Origin: Longimicrobiales bacterium
GTDB taxonomy: Bacteria; Gemmatimonadota; Gemmatimonadetes; Longimicrobiales; Gaopeijiaceae
NCBI GenBank assembly: GCA_965226375.1
Contig: CBDDCX010000006.1
Coordinates: 128,001 to 192,000 of the forward strand
Direction of reading: 5' to 3'
Length of the DNA: 64,000 nucleotides
Made by a program: the position numbers and the translations under genes. Shown here piece by piece: positions 39,855 to 50,419 of the stretch; within the stretch, counting starts at the first letter, position 1; every line of letters starts with the position of its first letter. Under the pieces are notes generated by a model. That model worked only from the letters and a program-made list of their open reading frames with translations. It had not been told where the DNA came from and did not search any database.

Positions 39855-39943
39855 TGGCCACGGACGTAATCCTGGTGAACGTCGGGGCGGTACTCGCCAT
39901 CGTTTGGATCGTGTGGTACTTCTGGCTCTCGGAGAAGCGCTAG
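39854..39943 (+). CDS. 29-aa single-TM peptide [29 protein letters not shown] (not in the ORF track)
   Basis: ATG overlaps the copA stop (TGATG). One hydrophobic helix with a basic tail. Confidence 0.6.
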   Translation: MATDVILVNVGAVLAIVWIVWYFWLSEKR

Positions 39944-39968
39944 AGGTCGCCACGCCGGGGCCGGCCCC

Positions 39969-41045
39969 TCAATCGCCCGCCAGCGCCCTCTCCCAGCCGT
40001 CCAACATACTCTCGTATGAAAAGCGTTCCCGGGATCGCTCGCTCGCGGCCCTTCCCATAGCGTTTCGGACGTGTCGGTCGTAGACGATGGAGTTTATCGC
40101 GGAGGCGATCTCCGGCGGGGCGAAGCCGGTTACGAGGCCCGGCGGCTGACCGTCCGGTCCCGGCTCCAACGCCTCTCGTGCTCCCGACACATCGGTGGAT
40201 ACCACCGGCACGCCGCGCGACATCGCCTCGAGCATCACGCCGGCCATGCCCTCCCGGTCGGACGTGATGACCAACACATCCAGCGCGTCCATCAAGGCTC
40301 CCAGGTCCGGACAGTAGCCCAGAAAGCGTACCCGGTCGCGCAGCCCCAGCTTGTTGGCGAGCTGTCCCAGCGCTCCCCGCAAAGGCCCCTCACCGGCCAC
40401 GGCCAGATGGGCATCGTTCGGCAGAAAGACCATGGCCTCCAGAAGGCGGTCGAATCGCCTCTTGGACACGAGCCGCCCGACGCTTCCCACCAGCGGGACG
40501 TCCACGGGAAGGCCCAGCGCGCGACGGGCCTCCTCGGGGTTCCTCCTCTGTCCGACGGGAGGCAGACCTTTGTAGATGGTGACGAAGCGGTCCTCGAGGT
40601 CCGGTAGTTGCTCGACGTAGGACCTGCGCATCCGGTCGACTACGAACACGAGCTGATCCACCCAGCGCTTCAGCGCAAAGCGGTACTTGAGACCCCGGGG
40701 CGTGTCGGTTGACAGGCCGACGCGCCCCACCACCCGTGGCACCCCCGCGATCTGGGCGGCTAGGCCGGCGAGCCAGATCTTCTGGAACGTACCCACCAGA
40801 AGCGCGTCCGGCTTTTCAGCGCGGAGCGCCCTGCCCAACAGGACGGAGTCGTACACCGCGAGGTCTCGTCCAAGATGCACACGCCGGGTGTCGATGCCCC
40901 TTGCCCGTGCCCCCTGCATGACCGCCGAGCGGTTGGCGAACAGGGTCACGTCGTGTCCCCGTTCGGCCAAGCCGGCTAGAATGTCGGTGAGAGCACTCTC
41001 CGCGCCACCCCACTCGGGGGCGCCGCTATGGGCGATGATGCGCAT
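39969..41045 (-). CDS. GT4-family (GT-B) glycosyltransferase
   Basis: WGGAE, VGRLVSKRRF and EGMAGVMLEAMSRGVPVV (Ex7E). Confidence 0.9.
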   Translation of the reverse strand: MRIIAHSGAPEWGGAESALTDILAGLAERGHDVTLFANRSAVMQGARARGIDTRRVHLGRDLAVYDSVLLGRALRAEKPDALLVGTFQKIWLAGLAAQIAGVPRVVGRVGLSTDTPRGLKYRFALKRWVDQLVFVVDRMRRSYVEQLPDLEDRFVTIYKGLPPVGQRRNPEEARRALGLPVDVPLVGSVGRLVSKRRFDRLLEAMVFLPNDAHLAVAGEGPLRGALGQLANKLGLRDRVRFLGYCPDLGALMDALDVLVITSDREGMAGVMLEAMSRGVPVVSTDVSGAREALEPGPDGQPPGLVTGFAPPEIASAINSIVYDRHVRNAMGRAASERSRERFSYESMLDGWERALAGD

Positions 41046-41071
41046 GGGTTTTATGGTGGTTGTCGCGCTAT

Positions 41072-41629
41072 CTAGCCGCCGATGTACTTGCTCGGGATCT
41101 GATTGTCAGGCCGCTCCGAGTCCCAAAAGATCGAAATGACCCACCACCGGTTGCCATCGTTCAGAAGTTGTATCGAGTTGATCCCCCGGCTGAAGGCCGT
41201 GTCGGGGTCCCCTCGATCCTGGCGGAATGAGGCGTAGGTGCTGAAGGCGTGCGTGATATTCCCGAACGTCTCCGTGGTGCGGCGGATCTCGTCTTCGGTA
41301 AAGCCGATGTTCTTGAGATTCTCCGCCCCGTTGGACCAGTACGCGTCGGGCGACATCATGCGGAAACCGATCTGACCTTCCGGATTCCGTCCTGTCGGGA
41401 TAAGGCGGGCTCCCTCGGCGAAGAGCGACACGAAGCGGTCCCGGTCGCGGTCTTGACCCATGGGGCCCGAGATCACGTCGTACAGGGCCGTGATGATGGC
41501 ACCGACCGAGCCCACGTCATCGGGGTTGGCGGCGGACGCCTGGTCCTGGGCCTGAATCGGGGCGGCTAGCATGAGCGCGAGAGCCACCACACAGGTGCCC
41601 ATCGTCGGTGCGAACACGGATCTGAGCAT
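41072..41629 (-). CDS. Secreted NTF2-like hypothetical protein
   Basis: AGGAGG RBS, signal peptide, and ALYDVISGP..FGNITHAFSTY..RGINSIQL..RWWVISIFWDSE. Confidence 0.75.
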   Translation of the reverse strand: MLRSVFAPTMGTCVVALALMLAAPIQAQDQASAANPDDVGSVGAIITALYDVISGPMGQDRDRDRFVSLFAEGARLIPTGRNPEGQIGFRMMSPDAYWSNGAENLKNIGFTEDEIRRTTETFGNITHAFSTYASFRQDRGDPDTAFSRGINSIQLLNDGNRWWVISIFWDSERPDNQIPSKYIGG

Positions 41630-41745
41630 CCGATGATCCTCCTGAAAGTAAGTCTGGTTGATCGGGTTCCGGCGGGTGGGTATCCTACGTGATGTGACCT
41701 CAACCCTTACGCTCGACACGGCGCTCGAGCCCCTGACCCTGCGAA

Positions 41746-44376
41746 ATGCCACAGGCTGACGATACTCCACTGATGCGCCAGTGGCGAGAGGTGAAATCCC
41801 GTAACCGGGACTCCCTCGTCTTCTTCCGAGTCGGGGACTTCTACGAGCTGTTCTACGGTGATGCGGAAGAGGGCTCGCGCCTTCTCGGCCTCACCCTCAC
41901 GTCCCGGAACAACGGGGCAGCCGCGCGGGTCCCGCTGGCCGGCGTTCCGGCCAAGGCGCTGGACGACTATCTGGGCCGCTTGGTCAAGCTGGGCCAGAAG
42001 GTGGCCATCTGCGATCAGGTCGAGGATCCGGCGGATGCCAAAGGCATCGTGCGCCGTGAGGTCACCGAGACGGTCACTCCCGGCACCGTCCTCCACGACT
42101 CGTTGTTGACCGCCAAGCGGAACAACTTCCTGGTGGCCCTCACCGAGGCGACGGAGCAGGGTGTGGGAGTGGCTACTCTGGACCTGTCCACCGGGGAGAT
42201 CTCGGCTCAGGCGGTCCCCCCGGCCGAGCTACGGGCCGAGCTGGGTAGGCGTGATCCGACCGAGTTGCTACTTCCGCGCTCCCTGGAGGAGGAAGGGGCG
42301 GACATCGACCTGTCCGCTGCCGCCCCCGGCGTTCTCCGCACGTACCGCGACGACTGGGTCTTCGACTACGAGACCGCGGCCGACGAGCTGAAACGGCGTT
42401 ACGGCGTGCAGAGCTTGGATGCGTTCGGATTCCAGAAGGACGACCACGTTCTGGTCCGGGCCACCGGGGCGCTCCTGACCTACGTGGGAGAGATCCGGCC
42501 GGGAGGGGTGGAGCACCTGCGCACACCGCAGATCCTCCGGCGCGGAAGCGCCATGCTCCTGGACGAGATGACCCGCCGGAACCTCGAGCTCGTGGAGCCG
42601 CTGCGGGTCGGCGAGGAGGGCGGGACACTCATCTCGGTGCTGGACGAGACCGTCACGGCCATGGGCGCACGCACGCTCCGCCGCTGGCTCCTCCACCCCC
42701 TGGTCGACGCCGAGCAGATCTGGAATCGGCAGAACGCCGTGATCGAGCTGTTCAGCGAGGTCGACCTGCGGGAGCGCCTCCGCGAGGCGCTGAGTCGCAT
42801 GACCGACCTGGAGCGCCTGGCGGGCAAGGTGGGGGCGGGGCGCGTCTCGCCGCGTGAGCTTCTGGGGCTGGGACGCTCGCTGGCGGAGCTGCCCACCATT
42901 CAGGAGGCGGGGGCGGGGGCCGGGAGCGAACTGCTCAAGAGCTTGGTGGCGGAGATGGACCTTCTCGGCGACGTGCTCGAGCTGGTCGAGACCGCCATCT
43001 CGCCCGATGCTCCGGCCACGCTTCAGGACGGGGGCGTCATTCGGGAGGGCTACTCGGAGGAGCTGGACGATCTCCGGGAGACTCGCGACGGGGCTCGGGA
43101 CTTCATTGCGAGCCTCCAGAGCCGCGAGCGCGAGCGCACGGGCATCACGTCGCTCAAGGTCGGCTTCAACCGGGTCTTTGGATACTACCTGGAGGTCACC
43201 AAGTCGAACCTCGACAAGGTGCCCGAGGACTACGTCCGCAAGCAGACGCTGACCAACACCGAGCGCTACTTCACGCCCGAGCTGAAGGAGTGGGAGGAGA
43301 AGGTCTTCGGTGCCGAGGATCGTATGGAGAAGCTCGAGACCGAGCTCTTCGGCGGCGTGCGTCGGCAGGTGGCGTCCGAGGTGAAGCGTATCCAGGACGC
43401 CGGGACACGTGCCGCTCGCCTCGACGTCCTGACGACACTGGCCTATGTGGCGGAGCGGAGGCAGTACGTGCGGCCCGAGGTCCACACGGGGTTCGACGTG
43501 GAGATCGAGGCCGGGCGCCATCCGGTGGTCGAGACGATGATGCCCGCCGAGTCGTTCATCCCCAACGACCTGTCGCTAGCCGAGGACGGACGCATCGTCA
43601 TCCTCACGGGTCCGAACATGGCGGGAAAATCGACCGTGCTCCGGCAGATCGGACTCATCCACCTGATGGCTCAGATCGGCTCGTGCGTGCCGGCGAATCG
43701 GGCTCGCCTTCCCGTATGCGATCGGATCTTCACCCGGGTCGGTGCATCGGACAACCTGGCCCGCGGGCAGTCGACATTCATGGTCGAGATGAACGAAACG
43801 GCTTCGATCATTCACGGAGCTACCGACCGGAGTCTGGTTCTGCTGGATGAGATCGGTAGGGGCACCAGCACCTACGACGGCGTCTCCATCGCGTGGGCCG
43901 TCACCGAGCATCTGCACGAGGACATAGGCTGCAAGACCATCTTTGCCACGCACTACCACGAGCTCACCCAGCTCGGTGATCTGCTGCCCGGCGCCAAGAA
44001 CATGAACGTGATCGTGCGTGAGGTGGGGGAGGAGATCGTGTTCCTCCGGAGGCTCGAAGACGGCGGAGCCGATCGCTCGTACGGAATCCAGGTGGCGCGT
44101 CTCGCCGGGCTGCCTGACGACATCATTGCCCGCGCCAGGGAACTTCTTACCGAGCTGGAGGGAACACATTCGGGTGGAGGAGAAGGCCTGGGTCGCTTCG
44201 GAGAACATCGGCCCGCGTCCGAACCACCTCCGGATCAACTGTCGTTCTTTGCAGGGGCAGAGCCGCCGGTGCTGAAGCGGCTCCGGGCCATCGATCCGGA
44301 CACGATGACGCCGAGGGAGGCTTTGGACCTATTGTTCGAGCTCCGGAACGAGTCCGGAACGGGAGAGACCGAGTGA
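41746..44376 (+). CDS. mutS: DNA mismatch repair protein MutS
   Basis: TPLMRQ, FRVGDFYELF, GPNMAGKST, STFMVEM, LLDEIGRGTST, ATHYHEL and SYGIQVA. Confidence 0.97.
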   Translation: MPQADDTPLMRQWREVKSRNRDSLVFFRVGDFYELFYGDAEEGSRLLGLTLTSRNNGAAARVPLAGVPAKALDDYLGRLVKLGQKVAICDQVEDPADAKGIVRREVTETVTPGTVLHDSLLTAKRNNFLVALTEATEQGVGVATLDLSTGEISAQAVPPAELRAELGRRDPTELLLPRSLEEEGADIDLSAAAPGVLRTYRDDWVFDYETAADELKRRYGVQSLDAFGFQKDDHVLVRATGALLTYVGEIRPGGVEHLRTPQILRRGSAMLLDEMTRRNLELVEPLRVGEEGGTLISVLDETVTAMGARTLRRWLLHPLVDAEQIWNRQNAVIELFSEVDLRERLREALSRMTDLERLAGKVGAGRVSPRELLGLGRSLAELPTIQEAGAGAGSELLKSLVAEMDLLGDVLELVETAISPDAPATLQDGGVIREGYSEELDDLRETRDGARDFIASLQSRERERTGITSLKVGFNRVFGYYLEVTKSNLDKVPEDYVRKQTLTNTERYFTPELKEWEEKVFGAEDRMEKLETELFGGVRRQVASEVKRIQDAGTRAARLDVLTTLAYVAERRQYVRPEVHTGFDVEIEAGRHPVVETMMPAESFIPNDLSLAEDGRIVILTGPNMAGKSTVLRQIGLIHLMAQIGSCVPANRARLPVCDRIFTRVGASDNLARGQSTFMVEMNETASIIHGATDRSLVLLDEIGRGTSTYDGVSIAWAVTEHLHEDIGCKTIFATHYHELTQLGDLLPGAKNMNVIVREVGEEIVFLRRLEDGGADRSYGIQVARLAGLPDDIIARARELLTELEGTHSGGGEGLGRFGEHRPASEPPPDQLSFFAGAEPPVLKRLRAIDPDTMTPREALDLLFELRNESGTGETE

Positions 44377-44765
44377 GTCGACGTTCGTCGGGTCGCGTAT
44401 GTCGCGGACGCGTGTCGCTGACCGATGCCGCCTTGGCCGGGGCGCTGCTAGCCGGCGTGATGGGTTGCACCAGCGATCCTGACATCGAGAGCCCGTCCCC
44501 CCTGTCGGCCTCGGTGCCGATCGAGTATCCGCTCGAGCTCTGGGACCAGGGCATCGAGGGACGCTGCCTGCTCAAGGTTCGGGTAACGGATGTGGGCGAC
44601 GTGGACAGTGTGGTGATCCTGGAGTCCAGCGGGCAGATGGCCTTCGACTCCTCGGCGATTCGAGGTGCGATGACCCTCAAGTTCAGTCCTGCCCGTAAGG
44701 ACGGGAAGCGCATCGAGGTCTGGGCCCACGTGCCAGTCCACTTCTCGAAGAAGCCCCGCCCCTGA
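44373..44765 (+). CDS. Short TonB C-terminal-domain protein, probable lipoprotein
   Basis: VMGC lipobox-like and YP..GIEG..SSG..FD..KFSPARKDGK..VPVHF. Confidence 0.8.
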   Translation: MSRRSSGRVCRGRVSLTDAALAGALLAGVMGCTSDPDIESPSPLSASVPIEYPLELWDQGIEGRCLLKVRVTDVGDVDSVVILESSGQMAFDSSAIRGAMTLKFSPARKDGKRIEVWAHVPVHFSKKPRP

Positions 44766-44860
44766 TGCACCCAGGCGTCGCGCCCGACCGTAGATCGAGC
44801 CGCCGCCTATCACAAACACGCATCCCGCCCCACGGCCCTCAACCAAGGACATAGACGGAC

Positions 44861-46252
44861 ATGAGCGACAACCACGCTCGCCCTTACGACAACGTCACCG
44901 AGGTGGTGGGCGGGACTCCGCTCATCCGGCTGAACAGCGTCACTGAGGGTGTTCCCGGGACCATCTACGCGAAGTGCGAGTTCATGAACCCCGGGGGCTC
45001 GTTGAAGGACCGCATCGGACTGGCCATCGTGGAGAAGGCCGAGAGGGAGGGGGCACTCAAGCCCGGCGGCACTATCGTCGAGGCCACCAGTGGCAACACC
45101 GGCGTGGCGCTGGCCATGGTGGCGGCCATCCGCGGGTACCACTGCATCTTCACCATGCCGGACAAGATGAGCCAGGAGAAGGTGAAGCTCCTGCGTTCGT
45201 TCGGTGCCGACGTGGTCATCGTGCCCACGGCCGTTCCTCCGGACCACCCCGATCACTACACGCAGAAGGCCGCGAGCATCGTCGAAGAGACGCCTGGCGC
45301 CATTCTTGCGGATCAGTTCTACAACCAGGCGAACCCCGAGGCGCACTACGAGACCACGGGCCCCGAGGTGTGGGAGCAGACCGAAGGCAGGGTCACGCAC
45401 TTTCTGGCCGGCTCGGGCACCGGGGGGACGATCACGGGCGTCGGTCGGTTCCTGAAGGAGCGAAATCCGGACGTGCAGATCATTGGAGTGGATCCGGTGG
45501 GATCGATATTGAAGACGTTCTTCGAGACGGGTGAGATGAGCGAAGGCCAGCCCTACAAGGTCGAGGGCCTAGGGAGCGACAAGATTCCCGGGGCGCTTGA
45601 TATGAGCGTCACCGACCGGTGGGTAGCCGTGAGTGACGCCGAGGCCTTTGCGATGACGCGGAGACTTTGCCGGGAGGAAGGGTTGTTCACCGGGGGTTCC
45701 TCGGGTCTGCTGGTCCACGCCAGCATCGAGGTTGCCAAGGAGACGAACGATCCCGACGCCGTGTTCGTGACGTTGCTGTGCGACTGGGGCGAGCACTATC
45801 TGACCAAGGTCTACGACGACGACTGGATGCGGGAGAACGGCTTCCTCAGGCGCTCACACCGGAGCATCCACGATCTGGTGACCCGCAAGGGGGCCGACCT
45901 TCCTGAGATGGTAACCGCGGACCCCACGACCACGGTGCGGGTGGCCCTGTCGACCATCACGTCGTTTCATATTTCACAGCTGCCCGTCGTTCTGGACGGC
46001 GAGTGTGTGGGCTCCCTCACCGAGGGGGAGCTGATGGCCACGGTCATCGAGGACCCGGAGCTGTTGGATCGGCCCGTAGAGTCGATCATGGGTGCGCCCT
46101 TCCCGGTGGTGGACAGCCACCTGAACGCCGACGAGGCGGCCCGGCTTCTGACGCGGGAGAACCCGGCGGTTCTGGTGCGGGACGACGGGGAGCTCAAGGG
46201 GATTTTGACGCGGTACGATGTGGTTCGGGACCTCACGGGGGCGGCGGGCTAA
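44861..46252 (+). CDS. cbs: Cystathionine beta-synthase (PLP type II with C-terminal CBS domains)
   Basis: NPGGSLKDRIG, EATSGNTG, MPDKMSQEK, GTGGTITG, and a CBS pair at the C-terminus. Confidence 0.85.
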   Translation: MSDNHARPYDNVTEVVGGTPLIRLNSVTEGVPGTIYAKCEFMNPGGSLKDRIGLAIVEKAEREGALKPGGTIVEATSGNTGVALAMVAAIRGYHCIFTMPDKMSQEKVKLLRSFGADVVIVPTAVPPDHPDHYTQKAASIVEETPGAILADQFYNQANPEAHYETTGPEVWEQTEGRVTHFLAGSGTGGTITGVGRFLKERNPDVQIIGVDPVGSILKTFFETGEMSEGQPYKVEGLGSDKIPGALDMSVTDRWVAVSDAEAFAMTRRLCREEGLFTGGSSGLLVHASIEVAKETNDPDAVFVTLLCDWGEHYLTKVYDDDWMRENGFLRRSHRSIHDLVTRKGADLPEMVTADPTTTVRVALSTITSFHISQLPVVLDGECVGSLTEGELMATVIEDPELLDRPVESIMGAPFPVVDSHLNADEAARLLTRENPAVLVRDDGELKGILTRYDVVRDLTGAAG

Positions 46253-46261
46253 GGTGGTCGT

Positions 46262-47269
46262 GTGGGGGAGGTCGGCGTGAGGGTTGTGGTCCTCTTGGGG
46301 GGTGATTCCGAGGAGCGCGACGTCTCGCTCGTGTCCGGATGCCAGGTGGCGGACGCCCTGAGGCAGGGTGGGCACGACGTGGTGTGTATCGATCCCGTGA
46401 AGGGTGTGATTAAGGAGCTGGGAGAGCGGATTATCCTGAAGTCGGGGGTCAAGGCGTTGCCGCCGGACGAGTTTGTGAACGAGAGTGGGGCGTCCGTCAC
46501 GGATCTGGCTCAACGGGAGGAGATCCAGCAGGCCGACGTCGTCTTCCCGGCTCTCCATGGCGGCATGGGCGAGGACGGCACGCTTCAGGCGCTCCTGGAC
46601 GTTGCAGGGGTCCGCTACGCAGGGAGCGGCATGCTCGGCTGCGCCTTGTCCATGGACAAGGACGTCACCAAGCGCATGCTCCGCGACGCCGGGATCCCGA
46701 CGCCGGATTGGCTCGTGAGTCCGACGGCAGACGAGGTCATGGAGCGTCTCGGCGTCCCCGTCATCGCGAAGCCGGTTGCGGGGGGATCGTCGGTGCGGTT
46801 GTCCCTGCTACAGACGGAGACCGAGGTGGTGGCCGCCGTGGCCGACGACGCCAACGCGCCTTCACCCATGATGTACGAGGCCTACATCGACGGGCGTGAG
46901 TTTACGGTGGGCGTCCTGGGCGATCGGGTCCTTCCCGTGGGCGAGATCGTGTCCCAGCACGAGCTCTTCGACTACGAGTGCAAGTACCAGGGGGGGATGG
47001 CCGAGGAAATCTTTCCGGCCGACACCCCGGAGGGGTTGGTGGAGACGCTGCAGGAGCAGGCCATGGCGGTTCATGGGCTCCTGCGCCTGCGCGACTTCTC
47101 TCGCGTGGACTTCATGGTGGACCAAGGCGGCGACGTGTGGTGCCTGGAGGCCAACGCGCTGCCGGGGCTCACGGGGAACAGTTTGTTGCCGAAGGCCGCG
47201 CGGGCCGGGGGAATCAGCTTCCCGGCGCTTTGTGACGAGATCGTGCAGATGGCGGTGGGGCGGGAGTAG
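46262..47269 (+). CDS. ddl: D-alanine--D-alanine ligase
   Basis: GGDSEERDVSL, LHGGMGEDG, MDKD, FDYECKY, RVDF and EANALPG. Confidence 0.92.
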   Translation: MGEVGVRVVVLLGGDSEERDVSLVSGCQVADALRQGGHDVVCIDPVKGVIKELGERIILKSGVKALPPDEFVNESGASVTDLAQREEIQQADVVFPALHGGMGEDGTLQALLDVAGVRYAGSGMLGCALSMDKDVTKRMLRDAGIPTPDWLVSPTADEVMERLGVPVIAKPVAGGSSVRLSLLQTETEVVAAVADDANAPSPMMYEAYIDGREFTVGVLGDRVLPVGEIVSQHELFDYECKYQGGMAEEIFPADTPEGLVETLQEQAMAVHGLLRLRDFSRVDFMVDQGGDVWCLEANALPGLTGNSLLPKAARAGGISFPALCDEIVQMAVGRE

Positions 47270-47342
47270 GGACCTGCGAGATTTCGCACCGGTTGAGCTC
47301 GTGGGCCGCCCGGAGCTCTGGCCAAGAGACCTGTGAGGGGAA

Positions 47343-50041
47343 CTAGTTCCCCACCCGCTCCTTCAACTCCTCGAAGAAGTTCTGGATGTAGATGAACCTC
47401 ACCTCGCCCTCGGAGAAGGTTCCGGTTCCACCCGAGTTGGTGATCATCAGAAAGCGATCGTCGTCCCGGTTTACGTCGAACCCCCGCCAAGCGTCATTTT
47501 CCCACGCGAACCGCTGTGTGTCGAAGAGGCGCTCGCGACCGTCCACCACGAAGGTGGAATCGGCCGTGTACGTCGCTACGGACAACCAGTCGTCCCCGTC
47601 CACGCAGAAGAGCTCGCGTCCATTGTGTGCCCATACCGGGCTGTAGCCTCCGTCCGTGGACACCTGCACGCGCGACCGTGCCGAGGGAAAGGGACGCACG
47701 AAGACTTGCGCTTGGCCCGAAGCGTTTGAGCCGTAGGCCATCCAGCGCCCGTCCGGAGACAGGCTCACATCAAACTCTATGAACTCCGAGCCGAGCATAT
47801 CCGCCGAGACACTGTCGGTCGTCAAGTCTACGAAACCGATGTCGGCAGACTGGGTTACGGCGCCCTCTCGGAAGAGCAGCGTCTCCTGGTCGGGGGAGAA
47901 GAAGACCTCCATAACGCCCGCTTCTCGCTGTAGAAGTACCTCGAAAGCTCCGGAGGAGCTACCGTCAGCGCCGATCGTCCGGGCCTCGAAGGTCCCGTTT
48001 TCGTCCGTCACGTACGAGATGCTGCGGCCGTCAGCGGACCAGACGGGGCGACGGGTCCAGCCGGAATCGGTCGTGATCCGTGTCAGGGCCCTGCGGGAAG
48101 CTCTTTGACCCAGAGTTGGTTGGCCTCACCACTGCCTCCGACTCCGCTGGAGGTGACCGCGATCCGGTCGTCGTTGGAGGACAACGCCAGGGTCAGGTAA
48201 TTCGCGACATCCATATCTGGGTCGACCGGAGTGGCCTGGCCCGTTCGATCGACCCATACCAGACTCCGACCAGCGGATCTCTGTGCACCCTCACCGTAGA
48301 TCACGGTCCCATCCCAGGCGACTGTGATTTCGGGTGAGGTGACGGTCACGGTCACACCCTCGAAGAGCGGGATTCCCGGGCCCGTGAGCTCCAGTGCATC
48401 GAGGTCGAAAGGAGCGGCGAAGACGGCACCGTCGCGTCGTACATACATGATGTGGCCGGTCGGCGTGTACCAGCCGCGCACTACCTCGTCCATCAGCAGG
48501 CGCGTCGTGTCGGCCTCGAGGTCCAGCACCCCGAGCGCGATGGAGCCGGCGCAGGCCTGCGGGCAGAGCGTAACCAGCGCGCCCTTGGACCCGGGGAGCG
48601 CACCCGCGTAGGCGAACTGCTCGAAGCCGGCCTCCGTGTACGAGACGATCGTATCGGCCTGGCCACCGGCCTCCGGGATTCGCATGAGCGTGTTCCCGGG
48701 CAGCTCGAAAAGGATCGTGCCGTCGTCGAGCCACGCGAGCGCGATCATGCTGTTGGCGGCCGGCGTGAGCCCTTCTGCGAGGGTGACGGTCGAGCCGTCC
48801 CCGATCGGCCACTTCTTGAGCTCCGATCCGGCGGCGAAGGCGATCCACTGCCCGTCGGGTGAGTACACGATGTTCTGAGCTCCATCGGTCCCGGGGAGCA
48901 GCGTGGCCTCGGCTGCGTCACGCGGCTTGAGCCAGAGGTCCCGGCCTCCGTCCTCGCCCAGCTCAGCGTATACCATGCTCATCCCATCGGGGGCCAACGC
49001 GGTAAAGGTCCCGATAGAGCGGATCAGACCCTCGGCGATGGGGGCGATCTCCTGCCGCATGACCGGGCCTGCACCTGCCGAGCCGCCCACCCAGCTCCAG
49101 ATCGCTGCGATCAGGGCCAGCGCTGCCACCGTGCTTGTCCCGGTGGCGATCCGCTTCCAGAGTCTCGAGGTCTCGGAGGGCGACGCTCCTTCGTCTCCGT
49201 GCCGGAATCCCGGGTCGGCCAGGGCCTTCGCGAAGCTGTTCGCGTCCGTGAAGCGGTCGGCAGGTAGCTTCTCCAGCCCTTTGCGCAGTGCGGCATCCAC
49301 GTTCTCCGGGATCGACTTCCTGACGGAGGTCGCGGAGACGGGGAGGCCCTGGATGATCTTGCCGAGCACCGCCTGGGCGGTATTGCCGATGTATGGCGGC
49401 TCACCCACCAGCATCTCGTACAGCACGCAAGCCAGCGCATAGGTGTCGCTGGCGGGTCCGACGACCTGGTCGCCGGTAGCCTGCTCCGGGCTCATGTAGA
49501 AGGGCGTGCCCACGCTCAGGCCAGTCTCCGTCAAACGGTTGCCACCGGCGGCTCCTACGGCCAGCGCGATGCCGAAGTCGGCCACGAGAGGCTCACCCCG
49601 ACTCAGCAGGATGTTGGCTGGCTTGATGTCGCGGTGGACGATGCCTTGTTCGTGCGCCGTGTGGAGCGCGTTGGCCACCGCCGTCGCAATGCCGAGCGCC
49701 TCGTCGACCGGCAGCTGCTTCTCGCGATCGATTCGCTGCCTGAGTGTCTCCCCTTCGATGTACGGCATCACGTAGAAGAGGAAGCTGTCGGCTTCCCCGG
49801 AATCGAACAGCGGGAGGATGTGGGGATGCTGCAGGTTGGCCGTGGTCTTGATCTCGGTCAGGAAACGCTCGGCTCCGACTACGGCGGCCAGCTCGGGTTT
49901 CAGAACCTTGAGGGCGACCTTCCGGTCGTGCTTGATGTCCTCGGCCAGGTAGACCGTGGCCATACCGCCCTCTCCGAGCTCGCGCTCGATGGTGTAGCGG
50001 CCCTCGAGGGCGGCGTTCAGGCGGGTGACAGGATCGGACAT
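47343..50041 (-). pseudogene. Ser/Thr kinase-TM-TolB-like propeller (K4), split by a 1-nt frameshift near 48085
   Basis: Intact Hanks motifs (GEGGMATV, VALK, HRDIKPAN, DFG, MSPE). ..ELPAGP* continues as LTRITTDSGW in the -1 frame; paralogues read GPLTR. Confidence 0.85.
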
Positions 50042-50121
50042 GGTGTCAGCTCGGCGGTCTCAGGAAGAGCGACCTACTGCTAGCATCGTCGTTGGCCTGG
50101 GGATCTCCCGGCGTGGCAACA

Positions 50122-50419
50122 TCCGAGATGTCGTCGGAGGGGACCGTCTCCGCTGGCCTGCTATGCACGGCCTGGTGCGCGCAAGCAGAGCCCGCCAATA
50201 GAGGACGCCGAGTGGGGCCTGAATGTACCGGTGAGACGACCGTCTACGTGGTTTCCGGCCGTTCGTGCGAGCCCGACTCCAACAGCCGGTCCACGTCCTC
50301 CTCGACATCCAGACGGAGGGCCTCGTTGGTGAGCTGCTGCAGCTGCTCCTCCCGATCGTAGATCATCTCCAGCCACTCCGAGATGTCGTCGGAGGGGACC
50401 GTCTCCGCTGGCCTGCTAT
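50122..50419. repeat. Exact 43-bp direct repeat (50122-50164 and 50377-50419)
   Basis: TCCGAGATGTCGTCGGAGGGGACCGTCTCCGCTGGCCTGCTAT occurs twice, 255 bp apart. Confidence 0.92.

Noticed and set aside
46262..47269. Stand-alone ddl as a Van-type D-Ala-D-Lac ligase
   Set aside because: The omega loop keeps Tyr (DYECKY) and there are no vanH/vanX-like neighbours.
48075..48095. CCC-TGA-C as a programmed frameshift site in K4
   Set aside because: That context promotes +1 shifts, but a -1 shift is needed and there is no slippery heptamer. A lost C is simpler.
50122..50419. 43-bp repeat as a CRISPR array or DGR template/variable repeat
   Set aside because: Only two identical copies 255 bp apart, no adenine-specific mismatches, and no cas or reverse transcriptase gene.
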